The notes: generated from the letters alone by a model not told the origin. Numbered from the stretch's first letter, positions 37,055 through 47,529 are shown. The stretch: DNA of 64,000 nt from Patescibacteria group bacterium (GCA_019744845.1 JAIETW010000001.1:354859-418858); one strand, 5' to 3'. Program-made: numbers and translations.

Positions 37055-37660
37055 TTACTCCAAGATCCCGTCTAGGTTCACGTCGTAGAGAATCTGTTCG
37101 CCGACAAGACGGTAGTTGATGAGATCTTCCTTGGAAATCCAAAGTGCAATCTCGCGCTCCCCTTCCTCAGGTGCATCAGAGCAGTGAATGAGGTTACGAA
37201 CGGCGCGATCATCAACCGCCGCAATTGCGTAGGAATCAAGTGTGAGGTCTCCACGAATCGTACCCACATCAGAGGTTGCAGGCTCCGTACCACCGACAAG
37301 CTTCTTTACGACAGCGACTGCCTGGTTTCCTTCAAGCACCATAACCACCACAGGACCTGAGGTCATGAACTTCACGAGTGCACGAATAATGTCCTTACCG
37401 TATTCAATCGGCTCCTTATCAACGGACATACCCGCCGCCGCACGATCGTTGGCAATGCCCTGTCCCTTCTTCTCAAACCACGCATCATCCTTTCCGTAGT
37501 GCGTCCAAAGCTTGGTCTCATCAAGCATGGCAAGGCGCATGTAGACGAGCTTAAGGCCCGTGCGCTCAAAGCGCTTCACAATGTCGCCCACAAGACCACG
37601 CTGTACGCCGTCTGGCTTGATGATGACGAAGGAACGCTCGTTCTTAGGATGAGTTGCCAT
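37055..37660 (-). CDS. ndk: Nucleoside diphosphate kinase (long form with insertions)
   Basis: ERSFVIIKPDGVQRGLVGDIVKRFE ... and the NLIHCSD active-site His region. Confidence 0.85.
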   Translation of the reverse strand: MATHPKNERSFVIIKPDGVQRGLVGDIVKRFERTGLKLVYMRLAMLDETKLWTHYGKDDAWFEKKGQGIANDRAAAGMSVDKEPIEYGKDIIRALVKFMTSGPVVVMVLEGNQAVAVVKKLVGGTEPATSDVGTIRGDLTLDSYAIAAVDDRAVRNLIHCSDAPEEGEREIALWISKEDLINYRLVGEQILYDVNLDGILE

Positions 37661-37717
37661 GATTTGTATAGTAAAAAATCGCTTTCGCGCTTATATAAAT
37701 GGAGTATACCCTACATC

Positions 37718-38497
37718 CTATTCCTCGCCAGGGCGACGAGAAACCACCAACGTTTTGTCCTTTTCCACCAAAATAGTGTGCTCAAAGTGTGCAGAAATAG
37801 AGCCATCCTTGGTGCGGTACGTATAGCCATCAGGCGCAAGAATCACCGATGCCTTACCGGCGTTTGCGATAGGTTCAAGCGCAAGCACCATACCCTCTAC
37901 AATCTCAGGACCGGTACCAGGTGTGCCTACGTTCGCAATCCATGGCTCCTCGTGCACCCCTGCACCGACCCCGTGCCCTCCAAGCACCTTCACGACAGAG
38001 AACCCTGTGCCCTTAAACGTCTTCTCTGTTGCATGCGAAATGTCACCAATACAATTTCCAGGACGTGCAGCGGCAATCGCGTTCTCCAGAGACGCCTTCG
38101 TCACGGCCATGAGGCGTGTCGCTTCGTCACTTACCTTCCCTACCGGTACGGTAATCGCTGAGTCAGTCACGTATCCCTTGTGTATGAGTCCCAGATCAAG
38201 CGCCACAATATCTCCCTCCTTGATAAAACGGGGTGCTTCGTTTGGAATACCGTGCACCACCTCATCATTCACGGATACACAGAGCGTTGCAGGATACGGA
38301 CGTGCAGCACGCTCTGGCGTGTAATCAAGAAAAGCCGGCATATCGCCCCCCTCACGAATCAGACGCTCCGCAATCTCATCAAGGGTGGCGGTAGAGACGC
38401 CAGGCGCAACCGCTTTCGCCACTTCAGACAACACGACGCCAAGCCGACGACCGGATTCAATGATTCCCTCGCGATCAGTGTTGTTTCGTACGATCAT
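37718..38497 (-). CDS. map: Methionine aminopeptidase type I
   Basis: Pita-bread fold metal ligands (DIVALDLG, HGIP, VLGGHGVGAGVHE, EHTILV). Confidence 0.9.
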   Translation of the reverse strand: MIVRNNTDREGIIESGRRLGVVLSEVAKAVAPGVSTATLDEIAERLIREGGDMPAFLDYTPERAARPYPATLCVSVNDEVVHGIPNEAPRFIKEGDIVALDLGLIHKGYVTDSAITVPVGKVSDEATRLMAVTKASLENAIAAARPGNCIGDISHATEKTFKGTGFSVVKVLGGHGVGAGVHEEPWIANVGTPGTGPEIVEGMVLALEPIANAGKASVILAPDGYTYRTKDGSISAHFEHTILVEKDKTLVVSRRPGEE

Positions 38498-39060
38498 TAG
38501 ATACCTAGTGCAGAGCGAATATCACTCTGAATCGTTGCGACTTCTCCTTCACCGTTAATCTCTACCAGTGCGCCTGCCTCACGAAAGACTTCAATAGAAG
38601 GGTCCGTGTAGAGTCGATACTCCTCAAGACGCTTCTCTACCGCATGATCATCAGCGCGTCCTGAAACAGCCGCGCGCTTCCCAAGGCGATCAATAATCTC
38701 TGCGTCAGACACTTTCACATGTACGGCTTTAAACGGGCGCCCAAGCCAGTGCAATACCTCAACGACGACCTTTGCTTCTGGCACTTTGCGACCAAACCCA
38801 TCAAAGATTACTCCCTCCGACAATGGAAAGTTAAGGATGGACTTCTGGAAGAGATACATTGCAAACCAATCAGGTGCGAGGAGTCCCTGCTCTACTTCTC
38901 CTTTCATCTTGCGTCCTACCTCCGTCTCTTCTTTCATGAGTGCACGGAAGAGATCACCTGAGGCGGTGACCTTCCATCCCGTAGCTTCAGACAAGAGCGC
39001 AGCCTGCGTACCCTTACCGCTTCCTGGTTTCCCTATAAACAACACGGTGTTGAGATCCAT
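38497..39060 (-). CDS. adk: Adenylate kinase
   Basis: P-loop GKPGSGKGTQ and LSEATGWKVTASGDLFRA. Start at MDLNTVLF. Confidence 0.85.
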   Translation of the reverse strand: MDLNTVLFIGKPGSGKGTQAALLSEATGWKVTASGDLFRALMKEETEVGRKMKGEVEQGLLAPDWFAMYLFQKSILNFPLSEGVIFDGFGRKVPEAKVVVEVLHWLGRPFKAVHVKVSDAEIIDRLGKRAAVSGRADDHAVEKRLEEYRLYTDPSIEVFREAGALVEINGEGEVATIQSDIRSALGI

Positions 39061-39087
39061 ATCACCGCTACTGTAGCACAATCAGAA

Positions 39088-40362
39088 TTAGTACTCGCGG
39101 AGTGACACCTGTGCATCAATCTTGCGAATAAGATCAAGAAGCACGGTAACCGCAATCAAAAGTGCCGTACCTCCAACAAGAATGGCAGTGATGCCAGTCA
39201 ATCCCTGAATCACAAACGGCACGACCGCGATAAGACCAAGGAAGAGTGCACCTGGGAAGGTCACACGAGCAACGACGTTACCAATGTAGGTCTCCGTCTC
39301 ACGTCCTGGGCGTACGCCTGGAACAAACGCACCAGTCTTCTGAAGGTTGTCCGAGACACGCTTTGGCTCAAAGGTGATTGAAGTGTAGAAGAAGGTGAAC
39401 ATCACCACGAGGACGAAGTAGACTGCACCATGTGCCCAGGTGTTTGCGGTGAATGCCGTGTAGGCAGCAAGCGCGCCTTCCATTCCCCCAACACCAACAG
39501 CCGCAAGACCCGTGAGTGCAACCTGTGGAAGAAGGATAAGGGAAAGTGCAAAGATGATTGGCATCACACCAGCCTGAAGAAGACGGATAGGAAGGTAGGT
39601 TGCGGCTCCCTGATTCGTTGCCGCACCACGTACCTGACGTGCGTAGGCAATTGGGATAGAACGCTCTGCCTCAGATACCGTGACCACTGAATAGATCGCG
39701 ACGAGAGAGAGGATGAAGAAGCCGATGTAGGCAGGAATGTTTGCCGCAGATGCCGTGAAGAGGATCTGGGAAAGGCCGGCAGGAACTCCCGCGACGATAC
39801 CGGCAAAGATGATGAGGGAGACACCGTTTCCGATACCGAACTCGGTGATGAGTTCTCCGATCCACATGAGGAACATGGAGCCCGCAGCCACAAGGAATAC
39901 GTTCACGGCAAACGCAAACGGCGTGAGGGTAGAAATAATACCCTGACTCTCCAGAAGAGAGAGGAAGGCGACTGCCTGCAGGATAGCAATCGGAATCGTA
40001 AGCGTACGAGAAATAGCGATGAACTTCGTGCGGCCTGCCTCACCCTCTTCGCTGTACATGGCCTTCACTTGAGGGAAGATCACGGTGGCAAGCTGCATGA
40101 TGATGGATGCCGTAATGTACGGACCCACTCCAAGCATCACGATAGAGAGGTTAGAAAAGCCACCTCCTGAGAAGATGTTCAAAAGACCGAAGAACTGGTT
40201 GTTCGTAAAGAACTGCTCAAGGCGCACCTTATCAACGCCAGAGATTGGAATCGCTGCAAGAAAACGAAATGCCGCAAACGCCGCAACAATAAAGAAAATG
40301 CGGAATCGGATCACCGGATCGGTGAAGGCAAGTTTAACTTTCCTGAAGAAGTTCTTGATCAT
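39088..40362 (-). CDS. secY: Preprotein translocase subunit SecY
   Basis: 424 aa with 10 TM helices, in the conserved position after rplO. Confidence 0.9.
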   Translation of the reverse strand: MIKNFFRKVKLAFTDPVIRFRIFFIVAAFAAFRFLAAIPISGVDKVRLEQFFTNNQFFGLLNIFSGGGFSNLSIVMLGVGPYITASIIMQLATVIFPQVKAMYSEEGEAGRTKFIAISRTLTIPIAILQAVAFLSLLESQGIISTLTPFAFAVNVFLVAAGSMFLMWIGELITEFGIGNGVSLIIFAGIVAGVPAGLSQILFTASAANIPAYIGFFILSLVAIYSVVTVSEAERSIPIAYARQVRGAATNQGAATYLPIRLLQAGVMPIIFALSLILLPQVALTGLAAVGVGGMEGALAAYTAFTANTWAHGAVYFVLVVMFTFFYTSITFEPKRVSDNLQKTGAFVPGVRPGRETETYIGNVVARVTFPGALFLGLIAVVPFVIQGLTGITAILVGGTALLIAVTVLLDLIRKIDAQVSLREY

Positions 40363-40811
40363 TAGAGGATTGAGCCGCCGGCCTTCTCAATGGCGGCCTT
40401 GGCCGTGGCAGACGCGCTCATTCCTGAAATGGAGAGCTTCTTGGTAAGCTCGCCTGCACCAAGAATCTTGATGGCAGGAACGCGTGCTCCGCGAAGAGAG
40501 ACAATCCCTTTCTTCACAAGCTCGGTTGGAGTGACGGTATCGCCTGCAGAAAATGCAGCCTCAAGTACCGCAAGGTTTACGGCACGCGCCACACTGCGAT
40601 CAATACGAACGGTGCGGCTACGATTCTTTCCGTATCCACGGCGCTTTGGAATCTTCTTGATGAGGTCACGCATCTCAGGGCGCATCTTGCGTCCCGCACG
40701 TGCCTTCTGACCCTTGGTGCCACGACCAGAGGTCTTTCCACGCTTGCCACCACGTCCCACGCGGGCGCTGGTGATGCGAGGTGTTCGTGCTTTAAGTGAG
40801 TTTGTTTGCAT
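40362..40811 (-). CDS. rplO: 50S ribosomal protein L15
   Basis: Gly/Arg/Lys-rich N-terminus (GRGGKRGKTSGRGTKGQKARAG). Confidence 0.9.
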   Translation of the reverse strand: MQTNSLKARTPRITSARVGRGGKRGKTSGRGTKGQKARAGRKMRPEMRDLIKKIPKRRGYGKNRSRTVRIDRSVARAVNLAVLEAAFSAGDTVTPTELVKKGIVSLRGARVPAIKILGAGELTKKLSISGMSASATAKAAIEKAGGSIL

Positions 40812-40822
40812 ACAAAAGTAGT

Positions 40823-41407
40823 TTACCCCTTAAGCGTCTTAAGTGCTGCAACGGTGGCGCGTGCAATCGTAAGCTTGTTCTTGGTACGGGTAAGGATCTT
40901 GGTGACCACATCTCCAATACCGGCAAGCTCAAGCACGGTGCGCATTGCAGAACCAGCCACAAGTCCGCGACCTGGAGATGGCTTGATGGCGACAGTTACC
41001 GTTCCGTAGGTGATAGATACATCGTGCTTGATAGAACCGCTCTTGGTGCGAGGAATGGTGACGAGGTGCTTCTTGGCATCACGTACTGCCTTATCAATGG
41101 CAAGCGCGGTGTCTGCTCCCTTTCCAAGACCGACACCGACACGACCCTTACGATCACCAATGACGATGGTGACGCTGAATGAGAAGCGACGACCTCCGGC
41201 CATCACACGAGCCACGCGACGTACGTCGACGGTGACCTGGTCAAACTCACTGCGCTCGCGCTCGCGGCGCTGAGGGCGTCCTCCACGACGCTCAGGGCGG
41301 CGGCCTCCACGTCCTCCACGTGCATCAGGCTTTGCGTCAGCCACAGGGGCTGCAGCCGCTACGGGGGTGTCGGTTACTGGGGTATCCATAGTTTGCGTGT
41401 CAGTCAT
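40823..41407 (-). CDS. rpsE: 30S ribosomal protein S5 with an N-terminal Pro/Ala/Arg-rich extension
   Basis: The S5 core (FDQVTVDVRRVARVMAGGRRFSFSV ... GSIKHDV) follows an extension of roughly 50 aa. It is followed directly by rplO, so there is no L30 gene. Confidence 0.9.
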   Translation of the reverse strand: MTDTQTMDTPVTDTPVAAAAPVADAKPDARGGRGGRRPERRGGRPQRRERERSEFDQVTVDVRRVARVMAGGRRFSFSVTIVIGDRKGRVGVGLGKGADTALAIDKAVRDAKKHLVTIPRTKSGSIKHDVSITYGTVTVAIKPSPGRGLVAGSAMRTVLELAGIGDVVTKILTRTKNKLTIARATVAALKTLKG

Positions 41408-41411
41408 AGTA

Positions 41412-41759
41412 TTAGAAAGAAAGTCCGCCTGCGCGTGCCGCGTCAGCAAGTGCCTTGATCTGGGCAGCGTATGAGTAGCCACCACGATCAAACACAACCG
41501 CCTTCACACCCTTCGCAACGGCGCGCTCCGCAATTGCCTTACCCACTGCAGCGGCCTGCACACTTAGAGAGCCTGGGAACTCGCGACCGTGTGCGGTAAC
41601 GAGCGTCGTACCTGCATCATCATTAATAACCTGCACGCTGATGAAGCGATTTGAACGGAAGACCGCAAGACGAGGACGTGCCTCGGTACCACTAATCTTT
41701 CCGCGAACGCGCTTGTGGCGGCGGGTACGTGATGCTGCTTTGGTAAGAGTTTTAGGCAT
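41412..41759 (-). CDS. rplR: 50S ribosomal protein L18
   Basis: [32 protein letters not shown] ... Confidence 0.9.
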   Translation of the reverse strand: MPKTLTKAASRTRRHKRVRGKISGTEARPRLAVFRSNRFISVQVINDDAGTTLVTAHGREFPGSLSVQAAAVGKAIAERAVAKGVKAVVFDRGGYSYAAQIKALADAARAGGLSF

Positions 41760-41767
41760 ATGAAATA

Positions 41768-42304
41768 TTAGACGGCCTTCTTGCCCTGCTTACGGCGGAT
41801 AACCTCGCCCTCGTATGCAATACCCTTTCCAAGGTATGGCTCAGGCTTCTTCACCTGACGAATCTCAGCCGCAAACTGGCCGACTGCCTGCTTGTCAGCG
41901 CCTTCAATAGAGATGGTGTTCTTCGCAACTGTGGCAGTGATGCCTTCAGGAATGGTGAGGGCCACAGGGTGTGAGAACCCAACGGCAAAGACAAGCTCCT
42001 TACCCTTAAGCTCTACCTTGTATCCGACTCCGGTCAAGATGAGGTTCTTCTTGAATGGTTCCTCTACTCCCTTAATCATTGCTTTTGCGTGTGCAGCAAA
42101 GGTGCCCGTAAGTGCGTGCGAAAGACGGGAGCTGTTCTTTGGGGTGATGACGATTCCTTCAGGAGTAACTTCAATATTGATTGAAGAATGAATAGCACGA
42201 GAGAGCGTTGCCTTTGAACCCTTAACGGTAAGCACTCCCTCAGCGGAGGTCACCTGTACCTTCCCTGGAATAACAATCGGCTTTTTTGCGAGACGTGAGG
42301 CCAT
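41768..42304 (-). CDS. rplF: 50S ribosomal protein L6
   Basis: [19 protein letters not shown] ...; 178 aa. Confidence 0.9.
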   Translation of the reverse strand: MASRLAKKPIVIPGKVQVTSAEGVLTVKGSKATLSRAIHSSINIEVTPEGIVITPKNSSRLSHALTGTFAAHAKAMIKGVEEPFKKNLILTGVGYKVELKGKELVFAVGFSHPVALTIPEGITATVAKNTISIEGADKQAVGQFAAEIRQVKKPEPYLGKGIAYEGEVIRRKQGKKAV

Positions 42305-42310
42305 AATGAT

Positions 42311-42703
42311 TTACCAGATCTCAAAGAGAGTCTCCCCTCCGGCGCGTACCTGACGTGCCTCCTTATCACCGAGGATACCCTTTGGTGTAGAGAGAATACG
42401 AGCACCAAGACCGTTCTTGACGCTGTGTGCATCGCGAGAAGAAACGTACAGGCGACGACCTGGCTTAGAGATACGCTTCACATCGTTAATCTTGTGTACG
42501 CCGTTCTCGTAGGCGAGCTCTACCTCAAGCATCTTCTTGCCTGCCTTGGTAGAGACATCTACACCAGCGACAAAGCCAAGATCACGAAGCTTCTTCGCAA
42601 TATCCTCTAGGTGGTTTGAGTGAGGTACAGAAATAGAAGAGGTACCGATGGCACCGGCATTCTTAAGACGGATTATGAAATCTCCAACGCGGTCGCTTAC
42701 CAT
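42311..42703 (-). CDS. rpsH: 30S ribosomal protein S8
   Basis: [17 protein letters not shown] ... Confidence 0.9.
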   Translation of the reverse strand: MVSDRVGDFIIRLKNAGAIGTSSISVPHSNHLEDIAKKLRDLGFVAGVDVSTKAGKKMLEVELAYENGVHKINDVKRISKPGRRLYVSSRDAHSVKNGLGARILSTPKGILGDKEARQVRAGGETLFEIW

Positions 42704-42966
42704 GATGCTTTCTTTACGCCCGGAACCTTACCCTCGCGGGCAAGCTCACGGAACTGAATACGAGAGAGACCGAAGGCACGGAGGTACCCACGACCACGAC
42801 CAGTGATAGAACAACGGTTCTTTACGCGAACCGGGGAGGAGTTTTTCGGAAGCTTCTGGAGGCCTGCAGAATCCCCTGCCGCCTTAAGCGCAGCACGCTT
42901 GGTAGCATACTTAGCCACGAGCTTTGCGCGCTTTGCGTTACGGGCGAGTTGGGATGTTTTGGCCAT
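42697..42966 (-). CDS. rpsN: 30S ribosomal protein S14 (long, non-zinc-finger type)
   Basis: [24 protein letters not shown] ... [27 protein letters not shown]. Start at MAKTS. Confidence 0.85.
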   Translation of the reverse strand: MAKTSQLARNAKRAKLVAKYATKRAALKAAGDSAGLQKLPKNSSPVRVKNRCSITGRGRGYLRAFGLSRIQFRELAREGKVPGVKKASW

Positions 42967-43037
42967 AAGAAAAATAGCTCCGAGGAGCGTCAAGACAATG
43001 TATCAATAGTGATAGTCAGTGTCAAACAACCTTGAAT

Positions 43038-43568
43038 TTAGGCCCTAAAAGGGATCCCAAGGTGCGTGAAGAACCCTTCTGCCTCCGGCTTCGACGTAGC
43101 CGTGGTCACAATCGTGATCGCAATGCCAAACACATCCTTCAAGTCCTCGTCTGAGGTCTCTGGGAAGATCGTATTCTCCTTGATACCGATGGTGATGTTC
43201 CCCATATCATCCACGGTGGTCTTTGCGATACCGCGGAAGTCACGAGTACGAGGAAGCGCGACATGGATGAGCTTATCAATGAAGTCAAACATGCGTGCAC
43301 CACGTAGCGTCACCTGGTAGCCGACAATGTCACCCTCACGCATCTTGAACTGCGCGATAGATGCCTTTGCGGCACGAGGAGATGCCTTCTGTCCCGTGAT
43401 GCGCGCAAGACGCTCTTCCACGAGTGCCTTCTTTGCCTTGTCGGCCTTTCCAACTCCAGAAGAGATAACGACCTTAAGAATACGAGGAGCCGCCATGCGG
43501 TTCTTGTATCCGAAGGTTTCAGAAAGTGCCTCGTAGGCGGTCTGTTGTTTTTGTTTTGAAAGCATCAT
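43038..43568 (-). CDS. rplE: 50S ribosomal protein L5
   Basis: MMLSKQKQQTAYEALSETFGYKNRMAAPRILKVVISSGVG ... Confidence 0.9.
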   Translation of the reverse strand: MMLSKQKQQTAYEALSETFGYKNRMAAPRILKVVISSGVGKADKAKKALVEERLARITGQKASPRAAKASIAQFKMREGDIVGYQVTLRGARMFDFIDKLIHVALPRTRDFRGIAKTTVDDMGNITIGIKENTIFPETSDEDLKDVFGIAITIVTTATSKPEAEGFFTHLGIPFRA

Positions 43569-43575
43569 ACGAAAT

Positions 43576-43935
43576 TTACTTAGCGGCTGCGGCCTTCTTT
43601 GCACGAGGAGCCTTCTTCTCTGCAGTCTCTACCTTTCCGACGTTAGACGCGTGAATAGATGCAGGGTGCTCCACAATGCGACCTGACTGACCACGACCAG
43701 AGCGGCGGTGATGGCGCTTGACCATCGCAACGCCTTCTACCACCACACGGTTCTCGCGTGGAAGCACGGTAAGAATGACGCCAGTCTTGCCCTTATCTTT
43801 TCCAGAAAGGACCTTTACCTTGTCACCCTTCTTGATCTTCATCTTCATGGCACGCATAGGCACACCCTTACGTGCGTTACGCTTGCGGCGGCTTGCGGCG
43901 TATGACTTCTGCTGTGTATCGGTGTACTTCTTCAT
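43576..43935 (-). CDS. rplX: 50S ribosomal protein L24 (start uncertain; possible basic N-terminal extension)
   Basis: KIKKGDKVKVLSGKDKGKTGVIL core. Alternative internal starts at 43848 or 43842. Confidence 0.85.
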   Translation of the reverse strand: MKKYTDTQQKSYAASRRKRNARKGVPMRAMKMKIKKGDKVKVLSGKDKGKTGVILTVLPRENRVVVEGVAMVKRHHRRSGRGQSGRIVEHPASIHASNVGKVETAEKKAPRAKKAAAAK

Positions 43936-43941
43936 AAAATA

Positions 43942-44319
43942 TTAGACGACCTCAGGGGCAAGAGACGCAATGTTCTGCCAACCCTTTTCCGTAAGCTCAC
44001 GAGCCACTGGACCGAAGACACGGTTACCACGAGGACCCATCTCCTTACCCTGCTTCTCAATGATCACGACTGCGTTGTCATCAAAAGCGATGTAGGAACC
44101 GTTTGCACGGCGGAATGGCTTCTTGGTGCGGACGACCACTGCCTTCACTACATCCTTCTTCTTGGTTGCCTTACGAGGCTCTGCAGTCTGAATAGAAATC
44201 ACAACCACATCTCCAAGTCCTGCGTAGCGGCGCTTGGATCCACCAAGTACCTTGAAGACACGGCCAACCTTGGCGCCTGAGTTGTCTGCAACGGTAACGA
44301 TAGTGCGGTCGTGAATCAT
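43942..44319 (-). CDS. rplN: 50S ribosomal protein L14
   Basis: [21 protein letters not shown] ... Confidence 0.9.
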   Translation of the reverse strand: MIHDRTIVTVADNSGAKVGRVFKVLGGSKRRYAGLGDVVVISIQTAEPRKATKKKDVVKAVVVRTKKPFRRANGSYIAFDDNAVVIIEKQGKEMGPRGNRVFGPVARELTEKGWQNIASLAPEVV

Positions 44320-44323
44320 AGAA

Positions 44324-44569
44324 TTATGCGGAAGCGATCTTGAAGCGCTTCATCTTAGAAAGAGGGCGGCAGCCGACGATAGTGACGGTGTCTCCTACCT
44401 TTACGGTGTTACCTGGATCATGCACAAGATACTTCTTGGTGCGGGTCTGGTACTTCTTGTACTTTGCGTGCTTCACGTAGCGAGAGACCTCGACGGTAGC
44501 CGTGTCCTTCATGGCCGTCTTAACGACGACACCCTTGAAGCTCTGTGGACGTGGTGAGTTAGTTTCCAT
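44324..44569 (-). CDS. rpsQ: 30S ribosomal protein S17
   Basis: [30 protein letters not shown] ... Confidence 0.9.
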   Translation of the reverse strand: METNSPRPQSFKGVVVKTAMKDTATVEVSRYVKHAKYKKYQTRTKKYLVHDPGNTVKVGDTVTIVGCRPLSKMKRFKIASA

Positions 44570-44571
44570 AC

Positions 44572-44772
44572 TTAGTTGCTTACCTTCTTACGAAGTGCGA
44601 GTTCCGTCAAGATGCGTGCGATTTCCTTGCGGGTCTTTGCAGGTGCCTTTGAGTCAGCAGGACGTGCACCCGCAGCTTCAAAACGAAGCTTGCGGAGTTC
44701 CTCACGCTTCTCGGTGAGAGCCTTCTTAAGGTCCTCAATCGTCGTCTCTTTGTACGTAGTTTTCTTGGCCAT
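44572..44772 (-). CDS. rpmC: 50S ribosomal protein L29
   Basis: MAKKTTYKETTIEDLKKALTEKREELRKLRFE. Start at MAKK; the upstream ORF extension is rejected. Confidence 0.8.
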   Translation of the reverse strand: MAKKTTYKETTIEDLKKALTEKREELRKLRFEAAGARPADSKAPAKTRKEIARILTELALRKKVSN

Positions 44773-44773
44773 A

Positions 44774-45196
44774 TTAGTTTCGGGTGACGACGGAGGTCTT
44801 AAGCGGAAGCTTTGCTCCTGCACGGCGCATTGCATCGCGCGCAATTGCATCCTCTACCCCATCAAGCTCAAACAAGACACGACCTGGGTGCACCTCAAAC
44901 ACAAAGTGCTTTGGATCTCCCTTTCCCTTACCCATTTTAAGACCGTCAGCCTTCTGAGTGATTGGACGATCAGGGAAGATGCGAATCCAAAGCTTGCCTC
45001 CCTTTCCAGTCACGCGAGTAAGCACCTTACGAGCCGCCTCAATCTGATTTGAAGTAATGCGAGAGGCAGTCGTTGCCTTCATGCCGTGTGAACCGAACGA
45101 TACGGTGGTACCGCGCGTATCAGGACGTGCCATCTTGGCTGGGGACTTTCGTCCGGTCTGCCACTTGCGGTGTTTTACTTTCTTAGGAAACAACAT
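44774..45196 (-). CDS. rplP: 50S ribosomal protein L16
   Basis: MLFPKKVKHRKWQTGRK ... Confidence 0.9.
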   Translation of the reverse strand: MLFPKKVKHRKWQTGRKSPAKMARPDTRGTTVSFGSHGMKATTASRITSNQIEAARKVLTRVTGKGGKLWIRIFPDRPITQKADGLKMGKGKGDPKHFVFEVHPGRVLFELDGVEDAIARDAMRRAGAKLPLKTSVVTRN

Positions 45197-45207
45197 ACGT
45201 AAATATA

Positions 45208-45912
45208 TTAGTTGCGGGGAGCAGGCTGAGTTCCAGTCTTACGCTCTGCGAACTGGTCACCGAGGTAGATCCATACCTTGATACCGATCTGACCGTATGG
45301 AAGGTGCGCCTCGTGATGTGCGTAATCAATGTTTGCACGAAGAGTCTGAAGAGGGATACGGCCGCGCTTGATCTGCTCAATGCGAGACATGTCAGCACCT
45401 CCAAGACGTCCAGAAATCACGATGCGTACACCGACCACTTCACGAACGGCCATCACCTTCTCCACGGTGCTCTTAAGTACGCGGCGGAATGGAAGGCGCT
45501 TCTCAAGACCCTCAGCGACCATCTGACCGACGACTGCCGCGTTCGTTTCTGGCTGGCGGATCTCCATGATGTCGAGCTTCACGGCGCTCGTACGGTTCTG
45601 AGAATCAGCAGGAGCTGCCTTTGCAATCACTGCACCAAGTTCCTTGCGAAGCTTCGTTGCGTTCTCGCCTGAGCGACCAATCACAAGACCTGGACGTGCG
45701 GTGTGGAGGATGACGCGCGTCTCAGTGGCAGAGCGTTCAATCTCAATGTCAGCGACATGCATGCCCTTAAGACGCTTCGCGAGGAAGCGACGGATAGACT
45801 CATCTACCGCGATGTTCTCGCGGTACTGCTTCTTGCCACGGGCAAACCAACGGCTCTTCCAATCTCGGATGATGCCAAGGCGGTGTGCGTAAGGATGTAC
45901 GGTGTGTGTCAT
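45208..45912 (-). CDS. rpsC: 30S ribosomal protein S3
   Basis: KH domain and S3 C-terminal domain; 234 aa. Confidence 0.9.
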   Translation of the reverse strand: MTHTVHPYAHRLGIIRDWKSRWFARGKKQYRENIAVDESIRRFLAKRLKGMHVADIEIERSATETRVILHTARPGLVIGRSGENATKLRKELGAVIAKAAPADSQNRTSAVKLDIMEIRQPETNAAVVGQMVAEGLEKRLPFRRVLKSTVEKVMAVREVVGVRIVISGRLGGADMSRIEQIKRGRIPLQTLRANIDYAHHEAHLPYGQIGIKVWIYLGDQFAERKTGTQPAPRN

Positions 45913-45920
45913 ACGAAAAT

Positions 45921-46238
45921 TTATGCGAGCTCTACGATGATCTGGCTCTTGCGGCGGCGAATCGGTGCGCCACGACCCATCGCGCGAGGCATGTACTTCA
46001 CGAGCATACCTGCTGAGTCAACGCGCACACTCTTCACGACAAGCTTCTCGGGATCCTGTCCCTTTGCTTTTGCGTTTGCAGCTGCAGACTCAATAAGCTT
46101 CTTGATAGGAAGGGCCGCACGCTTTGGAAGGAATGAGAGTGCGGCAAGTGCCTCAGGAACTTTCTTTCCCTTTACGAGATCCGTCACAAGGCGAACCTTG
46201 CGTGGGGGCTGATTGTGCGTGCTTAGAGATGCCTTCAT
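45921..46238 (-). CDS. rplV: 50S ribosomal protein L22
   Basis: MKASLSTHNQPPRKVRLVTDLVKGKKVPEALAAL ... Confidence 0.9.
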   Translation of the reverse strand: MKASLSTHNQPPRKVRLVTDLVKGKKVPEALAALSFLPKRAALPIKKLIESAAANAKAKGQDPEKLVVKSVRVDSAGMLVKYMPRAMGRGAPIRRRKSQIIVELA

Positions 46239-46241
46239 ACC

Positions 46242-46595
46242 TTATTTCTTAGCGCCGGCAGGGGCAGGCTCCTTAGAAGCCTTTGCTGCTGCAATCTCAG
46301 CGTCCTTCTTCTTCTGCTCCATCTCCTTCTGCATCTTTCCTCCGTGACGGATGAACTTCTTGGTAGGACTAAACTCACCAAGGCGGTGTCCTACCATGTC
46401 TTCCGTGACGAGGACGTCTACAAAGGCCTTGCCATTGTGCACGCCAAAGGTGAAGCCGACGAACTCAGGCGCAATCTGAGAGTTGCGTGCCCACGTCTTA
46501 ATCACCCCCGTGTCTGAGGGTTTCTTTCCTTGTACCTTCTTCTGGAGTTTGACGTCCACGTAAGGTCCTTTCTTGAGTGATCGGGACATGAGCAA
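46242..46595 (-). CDS. rpsS: 30S ribosomal protein S19 with a Lys/Ala-rich C-terminal extension
   Basis: [19 protein letters not shown] ... [10 protein letters not shown] core plus a tail of about 25 aa. Confidence 0.9.
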   Translation of the reverse strand: MLMSRSLKKGPYVDVKLQKKVQGKKPSDTGVIKTWARNSQIAPEFVGFTFGVHNGKAFVDVLVTEDMVGHRLGEFSPTKKFIRHGGKMQKEMEQKKKDAEIAAAKASKEPAPAGAKK

Positions 46596-46704
46596 TTAAA
46601 AGCCCGCGGCGCGGGATAGGAGAAATCTATAGGAAATGGGCCTTAGTGTCAAATTTATGCTTTCTTCATCTCCCCTACTCTAGGCTGAGGTACACTATAC
46701 CTAT

Positions 46705-47496
46705 ATGAAAACTGACCCAAAACTCCTTATCGGCGGCGTGATCCTTATTCTTCTTATCCTCGGCGGTGTCCTTTGGTACATGGCAAGTAACCCTGCCCCA
46801 GAACCGAGTGAGTTCCCTGAGGTCCCCGCAGGGCCTTCCCTAGGACAAAGCGAGCGTATATCAGAGAACGGCCAGTATCACGAGGTATCGGCCGAATATC
46901 CTGCCACAACCCCGCTACGAGCCTCTGCAGGGGCTGAGGCGGATGCTAGAGCGGTAGCCGCCTTCCGCGCCTTTGAAGAGAGAACTATTGAAACCTTTAA
47001 GGAGCAGAGTGGACTCAGTACTCTTACACAGGAAGACATAGAGATGTTTGGACTGGGGAATGAGCGCAAATATGCCATAGGCATTGACTACGAGATGTAT
47101 CAGTCAGATGCCACGGTGTCCTATGTGTTCATGATCTATGAAGATACGCTTGGTGCGCATCCAAACGGCTACTACCGCACGTTCACCTTTGATCTTGAGA
47201 CCGGCGCAGGACTCCAGCTCTCCCAACTCTTCGCACCAGGAGTGGACTACCTTGCCGTACTCTCTCAGAAATCTCGCGAGGCACTCTACACACAGCTCGG
47301 AGAGAACGCGGTCTCTGACATGCTTGAAGCGGGCACCACCCCTGACGAAGATAACTATCAGAACTTCTATCTGGAAGGAGAGGCGCTCGTGATTGTCTTC
47401 GCTCCTTATCAGGTAGGTCCATGGGCCATTGGCACGCAGGAAGTGAGGATCCCAAAAACTGAACTCTCGGGAATGCTCAAGGCCGAGTATCAGTAA
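46705..47496 (+). CDS. Membrane-anchored DUF3298/DUF4163-type (RsiV/PdaC-like) domain protein, inserted between rpsS and rplB on the opposite strand
   Basis: N-terminal TM helix. The C-terminal YEDTLGAHPNGYYRTFTFDLETGAGLQLSQLF segment matches the DUF3298 signature. Confidence 0.5.
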   Translation: MKTDPKLLIGGVILILLILGGVLWYMASNPAPEPSEFPEVPAGPSLGQSERISENGQYHEVSAEYPATTPLRASAGAEADARAVAAFRAFEERTIETFKEQSGLSTLTQEDIEMFGLGNERKYAIGIDYEMYQSDATVSYVFMIYEDTLGAHPNGYYRTFTFDLETGAGLQLSQLFAPGVDYLAVLSQKSREALYTQLGENAVSDMLEAGTTPDEDNYQNFYLEGEALVIVFAPYQVGPWAIGTQEVRIPKTELSGMLKAEYQ

Positions 47497-47498
47497 GA

Positions 47499-47529
47499 AA
47501 AAGCCCCGGGATACTCGGGGCTTTTTTAG
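47499..47529. terminator. Bidirectional intrinsic terminator (agccccg-ggatact-cggggct + tttttt)
   Basis: GC-rich 7 bp stem with A-run and T-run, 3' of the 46705 gene. Confidence 0.65.
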
